A stretch of DNA of 64,000 bases from Phycisphaerae bacterium. GTDB taxonomy: Bacteria; Planctomycetota; Phycisphaerae; UBA1845. Below, piece after piece: positions 18,418-27,976 of this stretch (the first letter of the stretch is position 1; every line of letters begins with the position of its first letter). Location of the stretch: positions 68,937-132,936 of the forward strand of contig JAJDEB010000008.1 in assembly GCA_029260015.1 (NCBI GenBank), read 5' to 3'. The notes under the pieces are model-generated. The model was not told the DNA's origin, ran no database searches, and worked only from the letters and a program-made list of their open reading frames with translations. The translations under genes were made by a program, and so were the position numbers.

Positions 18418-21400
18418 CTAGCGGAGGCCCTGCCAGTGGGCGTTATAAACCCACCCTTCGGGTCCGACAGTGGAAGGCGGATTCCCGGAGAACACGTCAT
18501 CGACCTGCGTCGTCGAAAGCGCCCGATCGTAAATCGCCACACGAAACAACTTGCCAAGCCAAGCGCGATCGTTGGTGGTTTCGTTGGCCATCACCAATTC
18601 GTAGCCGCTATTCCAGTTGAACGTACCCGTGCGGGCGGTTGTGGTTTCCAGCGATCCGTTGACAAAGAGCTTCACGTTCTCGCCGTCATAGGTCACGATA
18701 ACATGTTCCGTCGTATCATCGCTGAGGACATTTCCTGAGGCGACATCGGGCATTCCATTGTTGTCAGTGGATGTTGTCTTGACCCGATGACGGATTTGAG
18801 AGTCCTCTTGCCCAAGAGTGAAGTTGCGATTTCCGGTTCCAGACGAGTAACTGACAATTCGCGCTGGTCCGTCTTGGGTGGTATTCGCAGGTGCAAATTT
18901 GACCTCAAGCGTCATCTCATCGGTGTCGGTCAAGGCGTCATACAACTTCGTCGCAGCGACTCCTGATTCGATGATGGTTGACGATGTTATCTCCAGCCCC
19001 CCGCCGGAAATCCACGAAACATCAGAAGGTTCTGTGACCGTTAAGTTCAAAGCCGTACCAAATGAGCTTGTATCCTTCACCGAAGTTCCCGTTCCACCGT
19101 GTGCACCGATGGGTTGTTTGCTGTGAAGGTTGGCGGCCTGCGAGGCACTGAGCGCGTCGTCATAGATGCGCAAGTCGTCGATAAAGCCACTAAAGTAGTT
19201 GCTCAATGGTGTTACCGAACCGGTTCCACTGGTCCAGGTATTGGCGCCCAAAACAAATGGCTCGGTGTTGCCCGATCCACCGGAAGTGGACCCGAGCCCG
19301 CCTTGGTACGAATCAGAATCTTCCTCGGTTCCATTCACATATAGCTTCATGCCTTCACTGCCGAACGTAAAGGCAACGTGATACCACGTCTTGCTGGCGA
19401 TCGTTCCAGACTGCATGGTGTAAGATGCGCTGTCGCTTTGAAATCTGACCTTGACCCTGGACCCTTCAAGATAAATATGCACATGTCCGCCGTCGACGAA
19501 ACCATTGGCGTCCTTTGAAAACAACCCCGCCGTCGTGGATACCGAAGACGCACTCAACCAAAACGATATGGTCCCGTTGTCGAGAAGCAGGCTCGGGTCG
19601 TGAGGAAATTCGATGTAATCGTTGCTGCCATCGAAGCTGTATGAATCGCGAATAATACCACTGGCCAAAGGGGTTGCACCGTGGACAGTCCCGTCTAAGT
19701 CTGAAGTATCGTCTGCCGCAGTCGTACCCGAATCGTCGAGTTTCCAATGATGATCAAGCTGCGGGTTTGGAACCACTTCGTTGAATTCATAAAGGGCAAT
19801 TAGCTGCGGATCGTTATCATCAGCCGGAAGCATTTCCAACGCATTCTTATAAAGCTGCGCGCCGCTGAGCGCCTGGTCCCACACTTTCACGTCAAACATG
19901 GTGCCCCGAAACGGGCGGTCGAAGGTCGCTTCATTACCCAACAAAAAATGCTCGCTGGACCAATCGTCAAAGTCGCCACCGCTCGCAGATGACGTGTGTA
20001 CGAGTACTCCGTCGACATACAATTTGACGTTGTCGCTGTTGGAACCGTGGTCCACCGTAAACGCCAGCACATGAAACTCGTCCATCGACCAGACATCGTT
20101 TTGTCGATATTCCACAGCATTACCGCTGCTGTGTTTCGCTCGTCCGGCAAAGTCATCGTTCGTCGACGCACCGGTATACCCAGCCATCAAACTGAAATTG
20201 CGCGTCGACGAACCGGTATCGCGCGAATAGGTAACAATCCGCCCACCCGAGTCGTCAATGCCTTCCGCTTTCAAAAATACCTGCACAGTCATTGCATCCG
20301 ACGATTGCAGGGCATCCTTGAAATCATCCGCCGTAGAGTTGCTGGCCGTTTGACAGTGGGCTGTACCCGACTGACTGTTTTGATTGAAATAGAGGCCCGT
20401 CCCACCTTGGATGTCGGTAACCCAGGTCAAGGCACCGTTTCCATCGTCAGTTGACAGATTAACTGAGCCTTCTCGATCGTTCAGAGTTGTACCCGATTGC
20501 TCGTCGAAGTCGTAATGAAGAATCGGGCTGATCGCTGGCGGAGTTTGTGACGCCCATTCCAACGAACGCTTCAAGATAGTCTTTCCGTCATCTGTGAGCA
20601 GATCAACATCAAATGCGCTGCATCCCCACGGCAAATGCACGCGGCGTGCGACTGCTGTCCCACCGCCATAAAGCGCGCCGCCCGTATCGATGACAATCAG
20701 TGCAGGGTTTGTACTCGATGGTTGGTTCGCGAGCGCGGTCGTCCCACCGCCAAGAGTTCCCGCAACGACATGCAAGTCCGATGAGCTTGAAAGTATTCCG
20801 ACAACGCCACTGCTTAATCCTGAAGTAATATAGTGAGAATTATCGACAACATCGATACCGGTGTTGGTGTAACAATTGCCTGTTGAGGCGATGCCCAACT
20901 CATCGGGAAGCGCGTTATCCTCATTGACGACGCCTATGGGCGCACCGAGGAATTTCGTGCCCACTTGCGAAGATGTCACTTCCTCCGAAACGTACGCCAC
21001 ATTTGTGTCGGCGATCGCGACATCGTATGCCTCTTGTGATTCGTTGGCAGAGACTAGCTGCACGTCGAAGTCCCAAGACTCCATTAATGCTTTCTTGGCA
21101 TCGTCTTGCGCAGACAAGCTCGATTTGTCGGGCACGACGAACAACACCGACGTGGCGATGCTAGAGCCTTCAGGCGTGACGATAGCCCAGAGTGTATACA
21201 TGGTACCTGAATACGCAGCGGTGGAGGTGATCGTAAATACCTCTTCATCGTCGTCAGCAAGATTACCGTCACCTTCTGCCGGGTTGGCTATCACGCCATC
21301 ACCGTCGGTGTCTTCGCCATCGTTGACCGTCACGCTGAATGTTCCGCCCATCAGCGCCGCGTCGGTCACCCATGCACCTTCGCTTTTTTGTGTTCGCCAA

Positions 21401-21660
21401 TCTTCTTCGGCGCGGATGTAAGCCAGCGCCATGCGAATACCGGATTCGGCGATGCGGTTGGCGTGGGCATGGTTTTCGAGGTTTCGACTGATTGCCGATG
21501 TGGTTCCGGTTGAGGCGATGAACGTTGACGCAAGCGTCACGATGACAGCCGTCACCACGAGGACCGCGATCAATGCCATCGCAGGTTTGCGACAGGTGGA
21601 CTGACCGGCCGCGCTGCATGGGACAGGACCGGTGTTTTGGTTGTTCTTGATTCTGCGCAT
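18418..21660 (-). CDS. Giant secreted protein: GspK/PilX-like hydrophobic N-terminus plus at least three LamG (concanavalin-A-like lectin) modules
   Basis: N-terminus RKPAMALIAVLVVTAVIVTLASTFIAS...NRIAESGIRMALAYI resembles minor pseudopilin (GspK/PilX_N) heads. LamG signatures are repeated (SYSFDGSNDYIEFPHDPSLLLDNGTISFWL ... HVAFTFGSEGMKLYVNG ... LRIYDDALSASQ; FRGTMFDVKVWDQALSGAQL; LFRVAIYDRALSTTQV). The start is taken at MRRIKNN (21660). Confidence 0.8.
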   Translation of the reverse strand: MRRIKNNQNTGPVPCSAAGQSTCRKPAMALIAVLVVTAVIVTLASTFIASTGTTSAISRNLENHAHANRIAESGIRMALAYIRAEEDWRTQKSEGAWVTDAALMGGTFSVTVNDGEDTDGDGVIANPAEGDGNLADDDEEVFTITSTAAYSGTMYTLWAIVTPEGSSIATSVLFVVPDKSSLSAQDDAKKALMESWDFDVQLVSANESQEAYDVAIADTNVAYVSEEVTSSQVGTKFLGAPIGVVNEDNALPDELGIASTGNCYTNTGIDVVDNSHYITSGLSSGVVGILSSSSDLHVVAGTLGGGTTALANQPSSTNPALIVIDTGGALYGGGTAVARRVHLPWGCSAFDVDLLTDDGKTILKRSLEWASQTPPAISPILHYDFDEQSGTTLNDREGSVNLSTDDGNGALTWVTDIQGGTGLYFNQNSQSGTAHCQTASNSTADDFKDALQSSDAMTVQVFLKAEGIDDSGGRIVTYSRDTGSSTRNFSLMAGYTGASTNDDFAGRAKHSSGNAVEYRQNDVWSMDEFHVLAFTVDHGSNSDNVKLYVDGVLVHTSSASGGDFDDWSSEHFLLGNEATFDRPFRGTMFDVKVWDQALSGAQLYKNALEMLPADDNDPQLIALYEFNEVVPNPQLDHHWKLDDSGTTAADDTSDLDGTVHGATPLASGIIRDSYSFDGSNDYIEFPHDPSLLLDNGTISFWLSASSVSTTAGLFSKDANGFVDGGHVHIYLEGSRVKVRFQSDSASYTMQSGTIASKTWYHVAFTFGSEGMKLYVNGTEEDSDSYQGGLGSTSGGSGNTEPFVLGANTWTSGTGSVTPLSNYFSGFIDDLRIYDDALSASQAANLHSKQPIGAHGGTGTSVKDTSSFGTALNLTVTEPSDVSWISGGGLEITSSTIIESGVAATKLYDALTDTDEMTLEVKFAPANTTQDGPARIVSYSSGTGNRNFTLGQEDSQIRHRVKTTSTDNNGMPDVASGNVLSDDTTEHVIVTYDGENVKLFVNGSLETTTARTGTFNWNSGYELVMANETTNDRAWLGKLFRVAIYDRALSTTQVDDVFSGNPPSTVGPEGWVYNAHWQGLR

Positions 21661-21772
21661 AAAGGTATCCCCGTGATACATCTTGATCGACGCACTGGGA
21701 TACCGAGTTCACGGCATCGCTGAAATGTTAAAGATGGACCGATAATGATAGGGCAATCGCGGCGTTGTGCGG

Positions 21773-24700
21773 CTAGGCGACCGCAATCGAACCGCTTTCA
21801 TCCACTTGCTCGAACTTCACACTGACGCGGGTGGAGACGCCCGGTTCCTGCATGGTCACACCGTACATCTGGTCGGCAATGCCCATGGTGCGCTTGCTGT
21901 GGGTGATGACGATGAATTGGCTTTTGTCCAGAAACTCGCGAATGATGCCGTTGAACCGCTCGTTGTTGGCTTCGTCGAGCGCCGCATCCACTTCGTCCAG
22001 AATGGCGAACGGGCTCGGGCGCGAACGGAAGATGCTCATCAGCAGCGCGATCGCAGTCATGCTTTTTTCACCGCCCGACATAAGCGTGATGCTTTGCAGT
22101 TCTTTGCCTGGTGGGCGGGCCATGATTTCGATACCGCATTCGAGGACATTGTCAGGGTCTTCGAGAATAATCTCGGCTTTACCGCCCCCGAACAACTTAC
22201 GGAACAATTCGCGGAAGTTTTCGCGGATGGCTTCAAACGCCTCGACAAAACGGGTCACGCACAAACCGTTGAGTTCGTTGATCAATTCATCAAGCTGCTT
22301 GCGGGCACCGTCGAGGTCATCGCGCTGATCGGTCAGGAATTGCTCGCGTTCTTCCAATTCCTGCTGCTCGGCGATGGCGTCGTGGTTGATGTTGCCCAAG
22401 CGTTCGATCTTACTCTTGAGTTCGCCGATTTCTTCCTCGACTGCCGCCCAATCCTGGTCGTCCTGCTCATAGCTTTCGTACAGATTGGCGAGGTCAATCT
22501 TCAATTCATCGGCGACGCGTGAGACCAGTTCATCGCGACGGACGCCCGATTCGTGCAACTTGATGCGATGTTCCTGCAACTGCTCATCGGTTCGCGTCAA
22601 TTCATCGCGTAAGTGTTTTGTTCGGCTGGCCAGGTCTTCTGACTTTTGACGAAAGCCGTCGCGCTGCTCGCGGAGTTCGCGCCCAGTTGCCTCCAAACGT
22701 TCGGCATCCGCCGCAAACTCGGACAACTGCTGGCGACCTTTTTCAATCGCACCGTTGGATTCTTCGATTCTGGATTTTGCGTCGGCGATTTCGCGCTCGG
22801 CGGCTTCGATGCCCTCTTGGGCGTTGCGAATACCACGACGCAGCGCGCTGATCGTCTCAACGGCAGCCGCCCTCTTTTCATGCATTTGACCGGCTTCGAC
22901 TTTGGCGTTGGTGAGCGTCTCAACGATTTCCTTACGCTCGGTCGTCAACCGATCAAACTCTTCCTGATGCACCTGCACCTGGGCTTCGCGGGCGGCGCTG
23001 TCGGTTTCGAGTTCCGAAAGCAACCCCTTGCCTTCGATCGACTTGACGGCAGCATCTTCGATTTCTTTTTCAATCGCCGAAACTTCGCCAACGATCAGTG
23101 GTTGTTCCGACGTGAGTCGCCGAATGCCTTCGTCGCAATTTTGGATAGCGGCATTGATCTCGACGCGACCGGTCTGCATTTCGTGGATGGCGTTGCGCAA
23201 ATCCTGCTGAACTTTTGCGAGGTGGGCGGCTTGTGCGGATGATCGATTCAGGTCACCGCTGATTTCTTCCACCCGCTCGTCGATGATCGCCAGTTGGCCA
23301 TCGAGTTCGCGCAATTCGCTGATTCGCGAAATCAACCCGGCATGGCTGCGTGGCGGACCAATTCGCACCCTGCCACCCGACTCGACCACTTCACCGCGCA
23401 GCGTGACGAATCGATGCCCATGCCCCTCAACCGACATCGCCAGCGCATTGGCGAGTGTATCGACCACAATCGTCTTGCCCAAGAGTGTCTGAGCCAACGA
23501 CTCCAGTGACTCGTCATACCGCACAAAGTCCGTCGCCCGCGCGACAAAACCAGGTCGATCATAAAAATCGACCACATCGGTGACGGGTTTCAATCGATCC
23601 AGACAAATCAGAATCGTGCGCTCTTTAAGATCGCCGATCAATTTGGCATTGCTAAGGACAGCATTGCTATCGGTCACGACCAGATGCTGATCCTGTTCGC
23701 CGATGGCAGCTTCGACGATATGGGCGCGGTGGATGTCGGTTTCAAACAAATCCGCCACCAAACCCAGCACGGTGTCGTAAGGTCCATCACCCTTGGCTAA
23801 CAGTTTGCGATCCAGAATTTGCCGGGCACCGGCTCCGACGCCTTCCATCTTTTGCTGCAAGTCTTCCAGCACCTGTTGGCGACTGCGAAGGGCTGTTCGG
23901 GATTCACGTTCTGCCGCGAGCGTTTCCGAAAGTCGGGCACTTTGGGCGTCGCTGATTCTGGCTGCGTCGCGTTTTTCATTGAGGCGAGTCGTTTCGATTT
24001 CGATCAGTTGATCGATTTCCGAAAGCTTGTTGCGCAGTTCGTTGCGGCGCCCGATTGCCGTCTCCAACTCCTGGCGAATGACGTCGATCCGCTGACTCAA
24101 CCGCCCCTTCTGCCCTTCGAGCGTGTCGCTGTGCTTTGAAAGGCTGGTGATTTCGTTGTTGATCTGAGCGGTCCGGCGAAGCAAATCAACCACGCCCGCT
24201 TTTTCATCTTCAACAGAAGCAGCCGACTCCGTGATGCGACGCGCCAGGCTTTGCTCATTGGCGCTGAGTTCGTCGATGAGTTTGTTGTGCTCTTCGGTCT
24301 TGTGCTGAAGCTGGGCGGCTTGCTCTTCGACGTGCTTGATTTCGGAAAGTTGTTGTTCGTGCCGACCGGTTTCCTGTGTCAAACGAGCTTTCGATCGTTC
24401 GACATTCGATTCTTGTTCTTCAATTCGATGTTCGGAAGCGGTGATGCGTTCTTCTGTGGCTGACACTTTCGAGTTGATCGTCACCAGCGCGTTGTCGTTG
24501 CTCGCGATCGATTCAGAAAGCGTTTCGGTTTCCCGCGCGACCCGCGTCAATTCGGAGTCATTCGCATCGATGTCATCGCGCAGCTTCTTCGCCGCATCGC
24601 CAGCCCCTTTGACCTTCTCCTCAATCGCAGCCGCCGACTCGGTCAAGCGATGGAATTCTGCCATCGCAAAACTCGCCCGCAACTCGCGGAGGCGTTCGTC

Positions 24701-25354
24701 ATATTGCTGGAAGTTTCTGGCTTTACCGGCTTGCAATTTGACGCTGCGGAGACGCTTCTCGACTTCTTCGATGATGTCCGCAACGCGCAAAAGATTCTGC
24801 TCGGTACGATCAAGCTTACGCTCGGCGTCGCGCTTGCGAGAGCGGTACTTGCTGATGCCAGCCGCCTCTTCAAAAATCGACCGGCGCTCGGTCGGCGATG
24901 AGTGCAGAAGCGATTCGACGCGTCCCTGCTCGATCACCGCGTAGGCATTGGTGCCCACACCCGTATCGAGAAACAGTTCGCGAATATCGCGGAGGCGCGA
25001 AGATTCCTTGCAAACCTGGTATTCGCTTTCACCAGATCGAAAAAGCTTGCGGGTGATCGTGACTTCGTCGCGGTCCAGCGGCAGGGTGCGGTCGGTGTTG
25101 TCGAAAACCAGATCAACCTGGGCCATCCCGCTGCTCTTGCGGCCGGACGCACCGTTGAAAATCATGTCGAGCATCTGGCGACCACGAAGCGAGCGGGCTG
25201 ACTGCTCGCCCAAGACCCACTTGAAGGCATCGACGACGTTAGACTTGCCGCACCCGTTGGGACCGACGATGCAAGTCACCCCCGAACCGAAGTCAAAATC
25301 GACCTTCTCGGCGAAGCTTTTGAAGCCCGACATTGTCACGCGTTTTAAGAGCAC
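21773..25354 (-). CDS. smc: Chromosome partition protein SMC
   Basis: Walker A head (FKSFAEKVDFDFGSGVTCIVGPNGCGKSNVVDAFKWVLGEQS), very long coiled coils, a hinge, and a C-terminal signature plus Walker B (LMSGGEKSMTAIALL...FAILDEVDAALD). The likely start is GTG at 25354 (MLLKRVTMSGFKSF), 9 nt after GGAGG. The ORF is open to 25390. Confidence 0.95.
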   Translation of the reverse strand: MLLKRVTMSGFKSFAEKVDFDFGSGVTCIVGPNGCGKSNVVDAFKWVLGEQSARSLRGRQMLDMIFNGASGRKSSGMAQVDLVFDNTDRTLPLDRDEVTITRKLFRSGESEYQVCKESSRLRDIRELFLDTGVGTNAYAVIEQGRVESLLHSSPTERRSIFEEAAGISKYRSRKRDAERKLDRTEQNLLRVADIIEEVEKRLRSVKLQAGKARNFQQYDERLRELRASFAMAEFHRLTESAAAIEEKVKGAGDAAKKLRDDIDANDSELTRVARETETLSESIASNDNALVTINSKVSATEERITASEHRIEEQESNVERSKARLTQETGRHEQQLSEIKHVEEQAAQLQHKTEEHNKLIDELSANEQSLARRITESAASVEDEKAGVVDLLRRTAQINNEITSLSKHSDTLEGQKGRLSQRIDVIRQELETAIGRRNELRNKLSEIDQLIEIETTRLNEKRDAARISDAQSARLSETLAAERESRTALRSRQQVLEDLQQKMEGVGAGARQILDRKLLAKGDGPYDTVLGLVADLFETDIHRAHIVEAAIGEQDQHLVVTDSNAVLSNAKLIGDLKERTILICLDRLKPVTDVVDFYDRPGFVARATDFVRYDESLESLAQTLLGKTIVVDTLANALAMSVEGHGHRFVTLRGEVVESGGRVRIGPPRSHAGLISRISELRELDGQLAIIDERVEEISGDLNRSSAQAAHLAKVQQDLRNAIHEMQTGRVEINAAIQNCDEGIRRLTSEQPLIVGEVSAIEKEIEDAAVKSIEGKGLLSELETDSAAREAQVQVHQEEFDRLTTERKEIVETLTNAKVEAGQMHEKRAAAVETISALRRGIRNAQEGIEAAEREIADAKSRIEESNGAIEKGRQQLSEFAADAERLEATGRELREQRDGFRQKSEDLASRTKHLRDELTRTDEQLQEHRIKLHESGVRRDELVSRVADELKIDLANLYESYEQDDQDWAAVEEEIGELKSKIERLGNINHDAIAEQQELEEREQFLTDQRDDLDGARKQLDELINELNGLCVTRFVEAFEAIRENFRELFRKLFGGGKAEIILEDPDNVLECGIEIMARPPGKELQSITLMSGGEKSMTAIALLMSIFRSRPSPFAILDEVDAALDEANNERFNGIIREFLDKSQFIVITHSKRTMGIADQMYGVTMQEPGVSTRVSVKFEQVDESGSIAVA

Positions 25355-25590
25355 AGTCCTGCGACCTCCTGTCGCCCAATAGAACACCAATCCGTGGTGT
25401 ATTCAAGCCCACAATTAGATGTATGGACCGTTCGGGCGGGATCAAATGTTATAGGACGAAACCAGCCCCACGAGAGTATCGCGAACTGTCCGCGATTTCC
25501 AGTAGGATCAATGCAGCCAGCAAACAATTCCTCCACGTTGCGTGTCATTTGATCCGACGTACAATCAGTCGCGTGTAGAATGACGACCTA

Positions 25591-25881
25591 ATGATTCCGC
25601 TGTTCCTGAAGACCCGACCAATGCTCCTGAAGATTCGTGCAAGACAGAGTTTGTCAGTCACACTCATCGCGTTCACTCTATACACAGCGGGATGCGGATT
25701 GCTGGCATTTCGCAATCCTGAGTTGGACAATGCCGAAACCGGTGAAGACGGCCAGACTTATGTGCTTGATGATCTCGAAGCCATCGCAGCTGATCCCGCC
25801 CTGTCCGAAGAAGAAAAACGCGACGCCTTTGCCGACCTCGGTATCGAAGATCAGGATTTGATCGACGCCCTCCTCAACTGA
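25591..25881 (+). CDS. Small putative lipoprotein, acidic
   Basis: Signal-like N-terminus ending in the lipobox-like LYTAGC, then an acidic tail (DDLEAIAADPALSEEEKRDAFADLGIEDQDLIDALLN). No family recognised. Confidence 0.4.
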   Translation: MIPLFLKTRPMLLKIRARQSLSVTLIAFTLYTAGCGLLAFRNPELDNAETGEDGQTYVLDDLEAIAADPALSEEEKRDAFADLGIEDQDLIDALLN

Positions 25882-26051
25882 TCCTTCGTAACGAAACCAA
25901 AAAACATCACAACAACTCACAGGCAACCAAGCCCAGTCAGGTCAATCCACACATAACAGGTTCCAAATAGACCCCTCGCTGCTATACTTTGGGGTCAGCA
26001 TCGTTGCTGGCCCATTGTTGGCGGGATGTTGGCGGGCATTTGCGAAATCCA

Positions 26052-27194
26052 ATGAGACGAATCGCGGTTATCAATCAGAAGGGTGGCGTCGGTAAGACCA
26101 CCTCGTGTTGCAACGTCGGGGCGGCGATCGCTTCGACCGGGCGGCGCGTTCTGATGATCGACCTCGATCCGCAGGCCCACCTGAGCATGCATCTGGGAGT
26201 CGATCCCTACCCGGACCGCACCAGCGTTTATGATGTGCTGACCGACAATCTGCCGCTTTCCGAAGCGTTGATTAGGCTCAATGACAATCTGCATCTGATC
26301 CCTGCACACATCGATCTTGCAGCGGCTGAGATGGAACTCGTCAGCGTCATGGGCCGCGAAGTCTTGCTTCGCGACGCGATGCCAGAGATCGCCGACCAAT
26401 ACGACGTGTTGATGATGGACTGCCCACCGTCGCTCGGGGTCTTGACGATCAACGGATTGGCGGCTGCCACCGAAGTATTGATCCCGCTTCAGCCGCATTT
26501 CCTGGCATTGCAGGGCGTAGGGAAACTGCTGGAGACCATCGAGTTGGTTCAGAAGCGCATCAATCCTGAACTTGTGGTTTCCGGAATCATCCTCTGCATG
26601 TACGAAGCCGGTACCCGACTCGCAGCAGAAGTGACCTCGGACTTGAAGGATTTCGTCGAATCGTCGCGAGATTCGCAGAAGCCCTGGTCGAGCGCCAAGG
26701 TCTTTGACACATTTATCCGCCGCAATATCAAACTCGCCGAGAGTCCCGGTTACGGGAAAACGATTTTCGATTACGCCCAGTCGAGCAACGGTGCGATTGA
26801 CTACGCAATGCTTGCTGCCGAAGTGCTGGGAATCGAGCAGATCGATGCACCAAAACTAATACTGACGTCGCAGGACGAAAAGGAAGCTTCCGATCAGCGA
26901 CCAACGGAACCAGAAAAAACTGCGACTGAGAAACCCATTTCGGAATCGCCGCAGCGTGCTATCGTTGCTCAATCTCTGCCCGAGGTGCCCCCGCTGGAAG
27001 TCGAAGGACGCGTCGTCACCGGCCCGGACGATGTGGCAACGGAGAACTCCGAAACGCCGCAAGCCTCCGACACACCAACTCCAGCGAATGACACGGCTGA
27101 TTCTGGCGATGAATCCAACCGTCCCAACGGTGGCCGTATTCCGATTCAGTTTGAAGAAGTTGTCGAATCAGATACTGAGGCCCGGTTTGGCTGA
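26052..27194 (+). CDS. ParA/Soj-family ATPase with a ~120-aa acidic, Pro/Thr-rich C-terminal extension
   Basis: Deviant Walker A at the start (MRRIAVINQKGGVGKTTSCCNVG), then MIDLDPQAHLS and VLMMDCPPSLG. The tail from about GIEQIDAPK onward is low complexity (EKEASDQRPTEPEKTATEKPISESPQ...SETPQASDTPTPANDTADSGDES). The ATG at 26052 fits the family N-terminus. Confidence 0.85.
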   Translation: MRRIAVINQKGGVGKTTSCCNVGAAIASTGRRVLMIDLDPQAHLSMHLGVDPYPDRTSVYDVLTDNLPLSEALIRLNDNLHLIPAHIDLAAAEMELVSVMGREVLLRDAMPEIADQYDVLMMDCPPSLGVLTINGLAAATEVLIPLQPHFLALQGVGKLLETIELVQKRINPELVVSGIILCMYEAGTRLAAEVTSDLKDFVESSRDSQKPWSSAKVFDTFIRRNIKLAESPGYGKTIFDYAQSSNGAIDYAMLAAEVLGIEQIDAPKLILTSQDEKEASDQRPTEPEKTATEKPISESPQRAIVAQSLPEVPPLEVEGRVVTGPDDVATENSETPQASDTPTPANDTADSGDESNRPNGGRIPIQFEEVVESDTEARFG

Positions 27195-27627
27195 ATCATC
27201 TGACATCCCAGTTCAGTCTCGAATCTCGGTCCAGTCACAGTTTCTACGACGATATGCCACCGCGATCTGGCTGATCTATTGGCTTAGCCTTACCGTCTTG
27301 CTGCACTTGCCAAAGCTACCGCGCATGCCCATTCAGATCAGCAAGAAGGGTCTCGTCGCCCATTTCTGCTCGTTCGCGATACTGACGAGATTGTGTGTCT
27401 ATTCGCGTACCAGCCGAGGCGACCTTACTGGAAATTACATTTTCAAATGGACGGGCATTTTGCTGCTGTTCGGGGCGATCAGTGAAACCTTGCAACCACT
27501 GAGCAACCGGCATCGGGACTGGGCTGACTTTATCGCCAATGCCAGCGGTATCCTCACGATCATGTGCTATTTCTATTTTAAGCACGCCAACACTTCTCCC
27601 CCCGCAGCCGACCACCAGTCTGCTTAG
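27187..27627 (+). CDS. VanZ-like family membrane protein (start uncertain)
   Basis: Four TM-like segments and motifs typical of VanZ-like proteins (KKGLVAHFCSFAILTRL; ISETLQPLSNRHRDWADFIANASGIL). The only in-frame start that keeps the first TM is TTG at 27187, which overlaps the parA-like stop. The upstream part of ORF 26956-27627 overlaps the parA-like gene out of frame and is rejected. Confidence 0.5.
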   Translation: MAESSDIPVQSRISVQSQFLRRYATAIWLIYWLSLTVLLHLPKLPRMPIQISKKGLVAHFCSFAILTRLCVYSRTSRGDLTGNYIFKWTGILLLFGAISETLQPLSNRHRDWADFIANASGILTIMCYFYFKHANTSPPAADHQSA

Positions 27628-27777
27628 GTCATCATCGATACCGGTTTGTGGCTATATCCAGATGTATCCGAAGCGTCAAGTTACTTCAGGGTTACGGGTG
27701 GGTAGTGAATCCTGGCGATAGACTGTTTGTGGGTGCTGGAGTAGACCCACGTGTCATCTTGCGGGTTGCGATCCGCT

Positions 27778-27858
27778 GTCATTCCCGCGAAAGCGGGAAT
27801 CCAAGCCCCGCGCGTTACGCATCGCTCGTCCTAGACTCCCGCGTGCGCGGGAGTGACG
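27778..27858 (-). repeat. Copy 2 of the ~81-nt double-hairpin intergenic repeat
   Basis: Two strong hairpins: TTCCCGC-GAAA-GCGGGAA (27782-27799) and ACTCCCGCG-TG-CGCGGGAGT (27835-27854). The reverse complement matches 5335-5415 at 69/81 positions without gaps. Spurious translations are ...HSRESGNPS.../...LDSRFRGNDS.... Confidence 0.7.
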
Positions 27859-27976
27859 AACCCACTGGAGTGGGCGTGTGCCAAGGTTTGCGGGTGTGGT
27901 CGCGCGAGGCGACTTGCCGATTAGACTCCTGGATTGTTGCACCATTCGCCCCTACGGTTTCAAGGAGAACAGTTCA

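Noticed and set aside
21767-22522. A 251-aa plus-strand ORF, and many other 60-200-aa ORFs on both strands between 21.8 and 25.4 kb.
   Set aside because: They lie entirely inside or antisense to the smc gene, which has unambiguous family motifs. The biased coiled-coil codon usage keeps the alternative frames open.
26956-27186. The N-terminal 77 codons of ORF 26956-27627.
   Set aside because: This part overlaps the ParA-like gene out of frame and has no membrane-protein character. Only the part after 27187 resembles a VanZ-like protein.
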